Positions 1 to 11,795 of a DNA stretch of 64,000 nt are shown one piece after another. The notes below the pieces were generated by a model. The model did no database searches and was not told the origin of the DNA. It saw only the letters and a list, made by a program, of their open reading frames with translations. The first letter of the stretch is position 1. Every line of letters begins with the position of its first letter. The translations under genes and the position numbers were made by a program. Source of the DNA: Eledone cirrhosa (taxonomy: Eukaryota). The DNA is taken from NCBI GenBank assembly GCA_964016885.1, contig OZ024760.1, forward strand, positions 28,520,001 to 28,584,000, read 5' to 3'.

Positions 1-3000
1 ACTGTCAAGATTGGACCAATAGTTATATTGATAGAAAAGCTGTCAAGATTGGACCAATAGTTATATTGATAGAAAAACTGTCAAGATTGGACCAATAGTT
101 ATATTGATAGAAAAACTGTCAAGATTGGACCAATGGTTATATTGATAGAAAAACTGTCAAGATTGGACCAATGGTTATATTGATAGAAAAACTGTCAAGA
201 TTGGACCAATGGTTATATTGATAGAAAAACTGTCAAGATTGGACCAATGGTTATATTGATAGAAAAACTGTCAAGATTGGACCAATGGTTATATTGATAG
301 AAAAACTGTCAAGATTGGACCAATGGTTATATTGATAGAAAAACTGTCAAGATTGGACCAATGGTTATATTGATAGAAAAACTGTCAAGATTGGACCAAT
401 GGTTATATTGATAGAAAAACTGTCAAGATTGGACCAATGGTTATATTGATAGAAAAACTGTCAAGATTGGACCAATGGTTATATTGATAGAAAAACTGTC
501 AAGATTGGACCAATGGTTATATTGATAGAAAAACTGTCAAGATTGGACCAATGGTTATATTGATAGAAAAACTGTCAAGATTGGACCAATGGTTATATTG
601 ATAGAAAAACTGTCAAGATTGGACCAATGGTTATATTGATAGAAAAACTGTCAAGATTGGACCAATGGTTATATTGATAGAAAAACTGTCAAGATTGGAC
701 CAATGGTTATATTGATAGAAAAACTGTCAAGATTGGACCAATGGTTATATTGATAGAAAAACTGTCAAGATTGGACCAATGGTTATATTGATAGAAAAAC
801 TGTCAAGATTGGACCAATGGTTATATTGATAGAAAAACTGTCAAGATTGGACCAATGGTTATATTGATAGAAAAACTGTCAAGATTGGACCAATGGTTAT
901 ATTGATAGAAAAACTGTCAAGATTGGACCAATGGTTATATTGATAGAAAAACTGTCAAGATTGGACCAATGGTTATATTGATAGAAAAACTGTCAAGATT
1001 GGACCAATGGTTATATTGATAGAAAAACTGTCAAGATTGGACCAATGGTTATATTGATAGAAAAACTGTCAAGATTGGACCAATGGTTATATTGATAGAA
1101 AAACTGTCAAGATTGGACCAATGGTTATATTGATAGAAAAACTGTCAAGATTGGACCAATGGTTATATTGATAGAAAAACTGTCAAGATTGGACCAATGG
1201 TTATATTGATAGAAAAACTGTCAAGATTGGACCAATGGTTATATTGATAGAAAAACTGTCAAGATTGGACCAATAGTTATATTGATAGAAAAACTGTCAA
1301 GATTGGACCAATGGTTATATTGATAGAAAAACTGTCAAGATTGGACCAATGGTTATATTGATAGAAAAACTGTCAAGATTGGACCAATGGTTATATTGAT
1401 AGAAAAACTGTCAAGATTGGACCAATGGTTATATTGATAGAAAAACTGTCAAGATTGGACCAATGGTTATATTGATAGAAAAACTGTCAAGATTGGACCA
1501 ATGGTTATATTGATAGAAAAACTGTCAAGATTGGACCAATAGTTATATTGATAGAAAAACTGTCAAGATTGGACCAATGGTTATATTGATAGAAAAACTG
1601 TCAAGACTGGACCAATAGTTACATTGATGAAAAACTGTCAAGATTGGACCAATAGTTACATTGATAGAAAAACTGTCAAGATTGGACCAATAGTTATATT
1701 GATAGAAAAACTGTCAAGATTGGACCAATAGTTATATTGATAGAAAAACTGTCAAGATTGGACCAATGGTTATATTGATAGAAAAACTGTCAAGACTGGA
1801 CCAATGGTTACATTGATAGAAAAACTGTCAAGATTGGACCAATAGTTATATTGATAGAAAAGCTGTCAAGATTGGACCAATAGTTATATTGATAGAAAAA
1901 CTGTCAAGATTGGACCAATGGTTATATTGATAGAAAAACTGTCAAGATTGGACCAATGGTTATATTGATAGAAAAACTGTCAAGATTGGACCAATGGTTA
2001 TATTGATAGAAAAACTGTCAAGATTGGACCAATGGTTATATTGATAGAAAAACTGTCAAGATTGGACCAATAGTTATATTGATAGAAAAACTGTCAAGAT
2101 TGGACCAATGGTTATATTGATAGAAAAACTGTCAAGACTGGACCAATAGTTACATTGATAGAAAAACTGTCAAGATTGGACCAATAGTTACATTGATAGA
2201 AAAACTGTCAAGATTGGACCAATAGTTATATTGATAGAAAAACTGTCAAGATTGGACCAATAGTTATATTGATAGAAAAACTGTCAAGATTGGACCAATG
2301 GTTATATTGATAGAAAAACTGTCAAGACTGGACCAATGGTTACATTGATAGAAAAACTGTCAAGATTGGACCAATAGTTATATTGATAGAAAAGCTGTCA
2401 AGATTGGACCAATAGTTATATTGATAGAAAAACTGTCAAGATTGGACCAATAGTTATATTGATAGAAAAACTGTCAAGATTGGACCAATAGTTATATTGA
2501 TAGAAAAACTGTCAAGATTGGACCAATAGTTATATTGATAGAAAAACTGTCAAGATTGGACCAATGGTTATATTGATAGAAAACTGTCAAGACTGGACCA
2601 ATGGTTACATTGATAGAAAAACTGTCAAGATTGGACCAATAGTTATATTGATAGAAAAACTGTCAAGATTGGACCAATGGTTATATTGATAGAAAAACTG
2701 TCAAGATTGGACCAATGGTTATATTGATAGAAAAACTGTCAAGATTGGACCAATGGTTATATTGATAGAAAAACTGTCAAGATTGGACCAATAGTTACAT
2801 TGATAGAAAAACTGTCAAGATTGGACCAATAGTTATATTGATAGAAAAACTGTCAAGATTGGACCAATAGTTATATTGATAGAAAAACTGTCAAGATTGA
2901 CCAATGGTTATATTGATAGAAAAACTGTCAAGATTGGACCAATAGTTATATTGATAGAAAAACTGTCAAGATTGGACCAATGGTTATATTGATAGAAAAA

Positions 3001-4858
3001 CTGTCAAGATTGGACCAATGGTTATATTGATAGAAAAACTGTCAAGATTGGACCAATAGTTATATTGATAGAAAAACTGTCAAGATTGGACCAATAGTTA
3101 CATTGATAGAAAAACTGTCAAGATTGGACCAATAGTTATATTGATAGAAAAACTGTCAAGATTGGACCAATGGTTATATTGATAGAAAAACTGTCAAGAT
3201 TGGACCAATGGTTATATTGATAGAAAAACTGTCAAGATTGACCAATGGTTATATTGATAGAAAAACTGTCAAGATTGGACCAATAGTTATATTGATAGAA
3301 AAACTGTCAAGATTGGACCAATGGTTATATTGATAGAAAAACTGTCAAGATTGGACCAATGGTTATATTGATAGAAAAACTGTCAAGATTGGACCAATAG
3401 TTATATTGATAGAAAAACTGTCAAGATTGACCAATGGTTATATTGATAGAAAAACTGTCAAGATTGGACCAATAGTTATATTGATAGAAAAACTGTCAAG
3501 ATTGGACCAATGGTTATATTGATAGAAAAACTGTCAAGATTGGACCAATGGTTATATTGATAGAAAAACTGTCAAGATTGGACCAATAGTTATATTGATA
3601 GAAAAACTGTCAAGATTGGACCAATAGTTACATTGATAGAAAAACTGTCAAGATTGGACCAATAGTTATATTGATAGAAAAACTGTCAAGATTGGACCAA
3701 TGGTTATATTGATAGAAAAACTGTCAAGATTGGACCAATGGTTATATTGATAGAAAAACTGTCAAGATTGGACCAATGGTTATATTGATAGAAAAACTGT
3801 CAAGATTGGACCAATAGTTACATTGATAGAAAAACTGTCAAGATTGGACCAATAGTTATATTGATAGAAAAACTGTCAAGATTGGACCAATAGTTACATT
3901 GATAGAAAAACTGTCAAGATTGGACCAATAGTTATATTGATAGAAAAACTGTCAAGATTGGACCAATGGTTATATTGATAGAAAAACTGTCAAGATTGGA
4001 CCAATGGTTATATTGATAGAAAAACTGTCAAGATTGGACCAATGGTTATATTGATAGAAAAACTGTCAAGATTGGACCAATAGTTACATTGATAGAAAAA
4101 CTGTCAAGATTGGACCAATAGTTATATTGATAGAAAAACTGTCAAGATTGGACCAATAGTTATATTGATAGAAAAACTGTCAAGATTGGACCAATGGTTA
4201 TATTGATAGAAAAACTGTCAAGATTGGACCAATAGTTATATTGATAGAAAAACTGTCAAGATTGGACCAATGGTTATATTGATAGAAAAACTGTCAAGAT
4301 TGGACCAATAGTTACATTGATAGAAAAACTGTCAAGATTGGACCAATAGTTATATTGATAGAAAAACTGTCAAGATTGGACCAATGGTTATATTGATAGA
4401 AAAACTGTCAAGACTGGACCAATGGTTATATTGATAGAAAAACTGTCAAGATTGGACCAATGGTTATATTGATAGAAAAACTGTCAAGATTGGACCAATG
4501 GTTATATTGATAGAAAAACTGTCAAGATTGGACCAATGGTTTTATTGATAGAAAAACTGTCAAGATTGGACCAATGGTTATATTGATAGAAAAACTGTCA
4601 AGATTGGACCAATGGTTATATTGATAGAAAAACTGTCAAGATTGGACCAATGGTTATATTGATAGAAAAACTGTCAAGATTGGACCAATAGTTACATTGA
4701 TAGAAAAACTGTCAAGATTGGACCAATAGTTATATTGATAGAAAAACTGTCAAGATTGGACCAATAGTTACATTGATAGAAAAACTGTCAAGATTGGACC
4801 AATGGTTATATTGACAGAAAAACTGTCAAGATTGGACCAATGGTTATATTGATAAAAC
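1..4858. repeat. 38-bp tandem satellite, about 128 copies, running off the window edge; lies in intron 3 of the TM2D1-like gene
   Basis: Unit ACTGTCAAGATTGGACCAATGGTTATATTGATAGAAAA repeated head-to-tail with few variants and no spacers. Confidence 0.98.
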
Positions 4859-5039
4859 TGTTATGGGTTAACTGTTGTGGGTAAAGTGTCGTGGGTGAAT
4901 TGTTAGCTGCCTTGGGTTATAAATGAGGTTTGGATTTTGGCCCCAAATGTTCTCAAACATAAAATGGAAGGAGGGGTGCTTATATTTGAGTACATACAGT
5001 ATATTGTAGAGAAGGAAAATTGAAAAATGTCAAACTTAC

Positions 5040-5130
5040 GTCCATTTACAGGAAAGATGTCTTGTAAATTTCTGTGAATCATTCTTCAGCCCTCCATGAC
5101 ACGTAACATTAGGGGCCGTTCGACATGTCA
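5040..5130 (-). CDS. TM2D1: TM2 domain-containing protein 1-like, coding exon 3
   Basis: Acceptor ctatattccAG, donor GTAAGT. Translates (V)TCRTAPNVTCHGGLKNDSQKFTRHLSCKW(T). Resembles the recalled TM2D1 segment VSCFPAPNITC...FFKPISC. Phase fits exon 2. Confidence 0.88.
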
Positions 5131-5384
5131 CTGGAATATAGGAGTTAAATGAATGTTAACAACATAGATTAATGTTAACCTCTGTCCCAAGTCCGGAAGC
5201 ACCATCACTAACACTTTACAGAGTGTACTGGGTGTATTAATGTGGCACCATCACTAACACTGTACAGAGTGTACTGGATACATTATAGTGGCACCATCAC
5301 TTTACAGAGTGCACTGGGTGCATTATTGTGGCACCATCACTCTCCAGGAGATGGGATTCACCAGCAAATTTCTTCCAGTGAAGG

Positions 5385-5840
5385 ATAGAGAGTGAGAGAG
5401 AGATAGAGAGAGTGAGAGAATAGAAGTGAGAGAGAGATAGAGAGAGTGTGAGAGAATGGAAGTGAGAGAGAGATAGAGAGAGTGAGAGAATAGAAGTGAG
5501 AGAGAGATAGAGAGAGTGAGAGAATGGAAGTGAGAGAGAGATAGAGAGTGAGAGAATGGAAGTGAGAGAGAGATAGAGAGTGAGAGAATGGAAGTGAGAG
5601 AGAGATAGAGAGAGTGAGAGAATGGAAGTGAGAGAGAGATAGAGAGAGTGAGAGAATGGAAGTGAGAGAGAGATAGAGAGAGTGAGAGAATGGAAGTGAG
5701 AGAGAGATAGAGAGAGGGTGAGAGAATGGAAGTGAGAGAGAGATAGAGAGAGTGAGAGAATGGAAGTGAGAGAGAGATAGAGAGAGTGAGAGAATGGAAG
5801 TGAGAGAGAGATAGAGAGAGTGAGAGAATGGAAGTGAGAA
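5385..5840. repeat. GA-rich minisatellite (~30-32 bp unit)
   Basis: Repeating GAGAGAGATAGAGAGAGTGAGAGAATGGAAGT; explains ORF 5358..5966. Confidence 0.95.
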
Positions 5841-5857
5841 AGATATATAGAGGAAAA

Positions 5858-6008
5858 ATTGACTCCAGTATTTAACTGGTACTTTTTTTATTGACCTTGA
5901 ATGGTTGAAAGGCAAAGTTGACCTCGCTGGGATTTGAACCCAGAGAGCTGAAATGCTGCAAAGCACACCATCAGACGTTCTAAGGACTCTCTAAATTCAA
6001 CACCTCCT
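5858..6008 (-). mobile_element. Degenerate SINE family A copy
   Basis: Reverse complement shows GGTTCAAATCCC B-box followed by GAGGTCAACTTTGCCTTTCA, shared with other copies. Confidence 0.7.
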
Positions 6009-6098
6009 CTAAATGTACACATATATATATATATATATGTAGATTTAACACTTCACTGTTATATATATATATATATGTATCTTCATATCATGTCTCCC

Positions 6099-6166
6099 TA
6101 TTTTATCTGATGAGAACGCAAATATCATCCCATGATATTTGTTTTTGAAATGCGCATAATAAAATA
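6099..6166 (+). ncRNA. Minimal type I hammerhead ribozyme motif
   Basis: Stem I TATTTTAT / CTGATGA / stem II hairpin CAAATATCAT-CCC-ATGATATTTG / GAAA / palindromic stem III TGCGCA / TA / ATAAAATA. Confidence 0.8.
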
Positions 6167-6475
6167 CATGGACCTCTTAACTATCTTTTGATCTTATATT
6201 ATATATATATGCCACACTGTAAAGTGGTCATGTAGGTGTCACGATAAAAAGTGCCCAGCACACACTGTAAATGTGGTTGGTGTTAAGAAGGACATCCAGC
6301 TGTAGAAACCAAGCCAAAATCAGTTCTGTGTGAGTGAAACACGGTCCTCTGAGCTGATCTCTCACAAAGGGACAGCCGGCCCTACCCATGCTAGCGTTGA
6401 AAATGGATGTTAAATGATGAAGGTGATGACATCTATAAACATACCAGAAGAGAAATATCTTAAATAGAGACTTAC

Positions 6476-6555
6476 CAATAACAGTTCTTGTTTCTTTATC
6501 ACAGTTCTTGGCCTGTTGTGTGTTTGAATCAATGGCTGGTTCATCACAAAGATAT
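6476..6555 (-). CDS. TM2D1: TM2D1-like coding exon 2
   Basis: 80 nt; translates (Q)YLCDEPAIDSNTQQAKNCDKETRTVI, similar to recalled TM2D1 QYICKDPKINDATQEPVNC. Donor GTAAGT at 6475. Confidence 0.88.
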
Positions 6556-6850
6556 TTACGGTAGAGTTAAGAAATAGAGAAAACTCATGTAGTACAGTGG
6601 TTATAAGTAGTGTGCTGAAACATGTAAGCAGGGTGTGAGGTCCACGTGAGGTTTCATCTATCTCAACTGCCAGCTCACCAATCTATCCCCTATCTGGCTT
6701 TACAAGTGCCCTCTAAAACTCTCTATCCATCATCAGCATTCTCAGTTATCCCACATCAGGGAACCTCAAAGTCTAATACTGTTATATGGTTGTAATATAA
6801 ATATACTCCTCTACCATTTTTTCACGGAACCTTGTCTGGATTAGGTTTAA

Positions 6851-7418
6851 CCCTTAAACATTTAAACCAGCCATATCCGGCCAGAATTCTCTCACCTCTT
6901 TCTGTTCCTCATACTGATGTTAAGGTTTGTTCTCAAATTAAATAATATCAAAATCTCATAGAATCAATATTATGTGAAGTAAAGCCTTTACTGTGAAAAT
7001 ACAATAGTATATAGAGAGTAATGTAAATGTTATGCGAGATATTATGTGAGGTAAAGCCTTTACTGTGAAAATACAATAGTATATATAGAGTAATGTAAAT
7101 GTTATGTAAGATATGTGAGGTAAAGCCTTTACTGTGAAAATACAATAGTATATATAGAGTAATGTAAATGTTATATGAGGTAAAGCCTTTACTGTGAAAA
7201 TACAATAGTATATATAGAGTAATGTAAATGTTATATGAGGTAAAGCCTTTACTGTGAAAATACAATAGTATATATAGAGTAATGTAAATGTTATATGAGG
7301 TAAAGCCTTTACTGTGAAAATACAATAGTATATATAGAGTAATGTAAATGTTATATGAGGTAAAGCCTTTACTGTGAAAATACAATAGTATATATAGAGT
7401 AATGTAAATGCTAAAGGG
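6851..7418 (-). mobile_element. piggyBac-type non-autonomous element (MITE) with internal 60-72 bp minisatellite, copy 1
   Basis: TTAA-CCCTTAAACATTTA ... TAAATGCTAAAGGG-TTGA termini; same family as 30014 and 34317. Confidence 0.8.
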
Positions 7419-7635
7419 TTGATGATCACCAACAACCATTTGTCTGGATCAATGTTTAATGAAATAAATTAATCCCAGATTAACTACAAAGCTGCTAAAT
7501 TCTAAAACTTTTTGTTCCTTGTTTTAACAATTTAATTAATTTGACAAATAACTATTCTGAAATTACATATTCAGGTTAATTAGAAACATAAAACATAGAT
7601 CTATTAAGTAAGTGAAAAAGTTTGATGATCAACTA

Positions 7636-8130
7636 TAGGAGAGTAAGGTGGTGCAGAGCACTAAAAGTTGATGGAAGCCTTGGAGTGGGGAGACCCAAGA
7701 CCTGGGATGAGGTGATAAAAGCTGACCTTGACCAATTGCACCTCTCAAAGGCGATGACACAGGACCAAGACCTCTGGCGTTATGCAGCAATACAGAAGAC
7801 CCGACTTCCCACGGGTACAAGCCGAAGTTGAAAAATATATTCAGTATGCCTCCACCCCTTCCAATGTAAAGTGGTCGTGGAGGTGTCACAACAAAAATCA
7901 CCCAGTCCACACTATAAAGTAGTCATGTAGATGTCACGACAAAAAGCTCTCAGCCTACACTATAAAGTGGTAGTGTAGGCGCCACGGTAAAAAAGCACCC
8001 AGTATTCAGTGTAAATGAGGTTGGTGTTAGGATGGGCATCCAGCTGTAGAAATCAAGCCAAAATCAGTTCTGTATGAACACGACATGGTCACCTGACCTG
8101 GCATTACACACAACAGGATAATCCGTCTAA
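7636..8130 (+). mobile_element. RTE-clade LINE 3' fragment (ORF end plus 3' UTR)
   Basis: RRVRW...KVDGSLGVGRPKTWDEVIKADL...DQDLWR, matching the ORF end at 28288-28929. Confidence 0.8.
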
Positions 8131-8615
8131 CTCAGGCATCTCAAACTGAGGGTTCCCCGAGGGCCACACACGACAACTATTAGGGCTTTCCTGGTGATTT
8201 CCTTCGAATGAAACAGTTCTAGTCCTGTAGAAACTATTTCAACATTATATATATTTATTTATATTTAACACATCAAAAACAATAGGAAAAACATAAGCTT
8301 CACCTACAAAACTAAACGGGTGTAATAGTAAAAAAAAGACGTAGTGCTAGATATAGTAAAGACAGAATACAGACTCGCAGTTAATAAAAATATTCGGAGC
8401 TGGCTATTTTAGTTTCGTAAAACCAGAACCTACATGAGAATTATGCCGATGATGTGTAAATTATATATTATATGTTTGTGAGGCAGGAATGTCTATTGTA
8501 ATAGAGATATAGGAATGGAAGTATAGGTAGAAATATAGACATTAGGTCACGTTTGAAAAAGAAATGAAAATATCTCGTCTTATTCACCGGATTTATATTT
8601 CACACGCTCATCTCT

Positions 8616-8655
<40 letters not shown>

Positions 8656-8657
<2 letters not shown>

Positions 8658-8840
8658 GTTCAAGACCCCGACGGCAGAGCTCAAGCCGTTTCGACGGCTA
8701 TTTCTGGACCAGAAACAGCCGTCGAAACGGCTTGAGCTCTGCCGTCAGGGTCTTGAACATGTTCCTATTACCCACTCTACTATCCAAAGTATCGCGTACT
8801 CTGGTGCGTTATGGTCCACCTGGTTCCTTACCACAATTCG

Positions 8841-8842
<2 letters not shown>
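8656..8842 (+). mobile_element. TA-embedded fold-back element carrying the 3' half of a hammerhead (family P)
   Basis: Near-perfect palindrome 8656-8760 containing GAAACGGCTTGAGCTCTGCCGTC, then a tail shared with copies near 19860, 49860 and 63280; flanked by (TA)n. Confidence 0.75.
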
Positions 8843-8896
<54 letters not shown>

Positions 8897-9140
8897 ATAG
8901 TAGAGTGGGTAATACTTTTTCCTATATATATATATGCACGAGCCGACGGTAGAACACGAACCCTAGACGAGATATTTTCATTTTCTTCAAACGAGACCTA
9001 ATCTCAGAGATAAACCACACACGAGTCGACGAAGGACCTTCGTATGTGCGTGTGTGTGTGTATGTATATATATATATATATATATATAGCATTGATGAAT
9101 ATGCTGGGTCCGTCAACTCATTATTATATATAGGTTAACT

Positions 9141-9431
9141 GGGTGGTGGATTGGCAGTATCAGTAGAGAGTCGGACGCCATGCTTTCCAGCATAGTTACG
9201 TCCCTTTACGGTCTGTGTTCAAATCCCGCCGAGGTTAACTTTGCCTTTCATCCTTACGGGGTCGATAAAATAAAGTACCAGTAATGTACTGGGTAATTGC
9301 TGGCCTTGTGCCAAAAGTAGAAACAATTATATATAGGTTAACTTTGCCTTTCATCCTTACGGGGTCGATAAAATAAAGTACCGGTAATGCACTGGGTTTT
9401 GCTGGCCTTGTGCCAAACGTAGAAACAATTA
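9141..9431 (+). mobile_element. tRNA-derived SINE family A (full copy plus duplicated 3' part)
   Basis: A-box-like TGGCAGTATCAG, B-box GTTCAAATCC, central GCCTTTCATCCTTACGGGGTCGATAAAATAAAGTACCAG, tail ending AGTAGAAACAATTAT; more than ten copies in the window. Confidence 0.9.
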
Positions 9432-9514
9432 TATATATATAGTGACGAAACATAAGTCAATTGCATGAACTCATAATCCTTTATTTACTACTATATGTAT
9501 TTCGATGATAGCCG

Positions 9515-9547
<33 letters not shown>

Positions 9548-9677
9548 AACACGTGTGTACGCAATGGACCCGGTAAAGCAGACGAAATTTTCGTTTACTT
9601 AGGAATAAGTAAAGCTTAGATAGGCTTCCTCAATCACATCCATACACCAGTGAGTTAAAGCTTAGATAGGGCTCTTA

Positions 9678-9708
<31 letters not shown>

Positions 9709-9792
9709 GCAAAGTTTCATTTAAATTGTTGGGTTAACGAGTAAATATTTATAACTGATATAAAAGCACTCAACAAGTATTTGGAGTATATT

Positions 9793-10015
9793 TACGATAT
9801 TAAATAAATGGAAACTATATTTATAAAACCATATTTATTTCATTATATATATTTCAGGGATATCATATTAAAAATATGTTATGCCTTCTTCAGACAAAAT
9901 ACAATATAAACAGTCTTATAAAGAAGGCATAACATATTTTTAATATGATATCCCTGAAATATATATAATGAAATAAATATGGTTTTATAAATATAGTTTC
10001 CATTTATTTAATATC

Positions 10016-10018
<3 letters not shown>
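9793..10018. repeat. Inverted repeat (98-bp arms, 30-nt spacer) overlapping a hammerhead motif
   Basis: 9793-9890 is the reverse complement of 9921-10018. Confidence 0.9.
9836..9901 (-). ncRNA. Minimal type I hammerhead motif, sense to TM2D1 pre-mRNA
   Basis: TATTTTGT-CTGAAGA-AGG...CCT-GAAA-TATATA-TA-ATGAAATA on the minus strand. Confidence 0.75.
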
Positions 10019-10048
<30 letters not shown>

Positions 10049-10134
10049 TTATCCCGGTTTCAATCGGGGGTAACCACAGTAAGTAAGGTACTCAATACAA
10101 AGGGGAGTATAAATGTTTTAATATAGAAAAGCTG

Positions 10135-10185
10135 AGCTTCCTGATGATTTCTCACGAATGAAACAGTTCTATTCCTGTAGAAGCT
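10135..10185 (+). ncRNA. Type I hammerhead motif with full stem III (family Q)
   Basis: AGCTTC-CTGATGA-T-TTC-TCAC-GAA-T-GAAA-CAG-TTCTATTC-CTG-TA-GAAGCT; predicted cleavage after GUA at 10179. Confidence 0.78.
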
Positions 10186-10257
10186 TTTCTATATTAAATA
10201 AAATATATATATATACAATATATTAACAAATGGAAACTATATTTATAAAACCATATT

Positions 10258-10322
10258 TATTTCATTATACATATTTCAAGGACACCAAAGCAAATTATGG
10301 TGCGCTTTCATCAGATAAAATA
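10258..10322 (-). ncRNA. Minimal type I hammerhead motif, sense to TM2D1 pre-mRNA
   Basis: TATTTTAT-CTGATGA-AAGCGCACCA...TGGTGTCCTT-GAAA-TATGTA-TA-ATGAAATA. Confidence 0.78.
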
Positions 10323-10432
10323 GATCAGTTTTATAAACAAATGTTGACATTTTTACTCGAAAATTTTGTTGAGTGCTTTATAACAGTTATAAAAACATTT
10401 GCTTGTATCCCAACAAATTAAATATAACTTCT

Positions 10433-10498
<66 letters not shown>

Positions 10499-10709
10499 CA
10501 GGACTAGAACTGTTTCATTCGAAGGAAATCATCAGGAAAGCCGACTGCCAATGTGATATGGTGGTATTTATACATTTTCTGGTAGTGAGAGGATGGGTGG
10601 AGGTCGTAGGCTGATGGGTTTAAAAAATGGGGATTCTTTGAATAGGGATTTAGAGAAAAATACATAGTGATACAGAATGATACAAATGCAGGCACTCCTA
10701 ATTATTCTA

Positions 10710-10760
<51 letters not shown>

Positions 10761-10830
10761 TATCCAGCGAACCTCCAACCGTCAAGGTTTTTCTTCTGCG
10801 GGTATGTCAACATTTATAAAACAAATTTTG

Positions 10831-10893
10831 TATTTTATCTGATGAAAGCGCACCAAAATTTGCGTTGGTTGCCCTTGAAATATATATAAAATA
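10831..10893 (+). ncRNA. Hammerhead motif, same family as 10258, small deletion near the cleavage site
   Basis: TATTTTAT-CTGATGA-AAGCGCACCA...CCCTT-GAAA-TATATATAAAATA. Confidence 0.55.
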
Positions 10894-10932
10894 ATTATGG
10901 TTTTATAAATATAGTTTCCATTTATTAATATA

Positions 10933-10969
<37 letters not shown>

Positions 10970-11059
10970 AAATGTTTCCTACACTTAAAATGTATTTATT
11001 ATGTGTTTATATTTTCATTCAGTAAGAAGTATTCATTAAGTATTATTATACACACAACT

Positions 11060-11340
11060 ATAAAGTACCAGTAATACACTGAGGTATTTCCTGGCCTTGT
11101 GCTAATAGTAGAAACAATTATTATAGGGTCGATAAAATAAAGTGCCAGTAATGCACTGGGGTATTTCCTGGCCTTGTGCTAATAGTAGAAACAATTATTA
11201 TAGGGTCGATAAAATAAAGTACCAGTAATGCACTGGGGATTTGCTAATAGTATAAACAATTATTATAGGGTCGATAAAATAAAGTACCAGTAATGCACTG
11301 GAGATTTGCTGGCCTTGTGCCAAAAATAAAACAATTATAT
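11060..11340 (+). repeat. Tandem amplification of the SINE A 3' half (about 4 units)
   Basis: Repeated GGGTCGATAAAATAAAGTACCAGTAATGCACTGG...GTAGAAACAATTATTATA. Confidence 0.85.
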
Positions 11341-11431
11341 TATATACTTAGAAAAGTAATAATGATGAGTTTTGGTGATAATAAACGGTTAGAATATATA
11401 TATAGGGACATGGTATAATAAATATTTTAAA

Positions 11432-11795
11432 TATTGTTATATTTGGGGAGGGTCATGTTGTTATATTTGGGGAGGGTCATGTTGTTATATTAGGAGAGGG
11501 TCGTGTTATATTTGTGGAGGGTCATATTGTTATATTTGGGAGGGAGGGTCATATTGTTATATTTGCGAGGAAGGGTCATATTGGTATATTTGTGGAGGGT
11601 CATGTTATATTTGGGTTGAGGGGGTCATATTGTTGTATTTGGGTTGAGGGGGTCATATTGTTGTATTTGCGAGAGAGGGTCATGTTGTTATATTTGTTGA
11701 GGGTCATGTTGTTATATTTGGGGAGGGTTATATTGTTATATTTGGGCAGGGTCATGTTATATTTTGGGGGAGGGGGTCATATTGTTATAATATTG
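11432..11795. repeat. Degenerate ~24-bp minisatellite
   Basis: TTGTTATATTTGGGGAGGGTCATG units. Confidence 0.9.

Noticed and set aside
1-4858. CRISPR-like array (repeat length 38, internal palindrome)
   Set aside because: Units are contiguous with no unique spacers, no cas genes, eukaryotic context.
6561-6562. Canonical AC acceptor for the U12 intron
   Set aside because: Only about 6 nt from the branch A and shifts exon 2 out of the YLCDEP frame.
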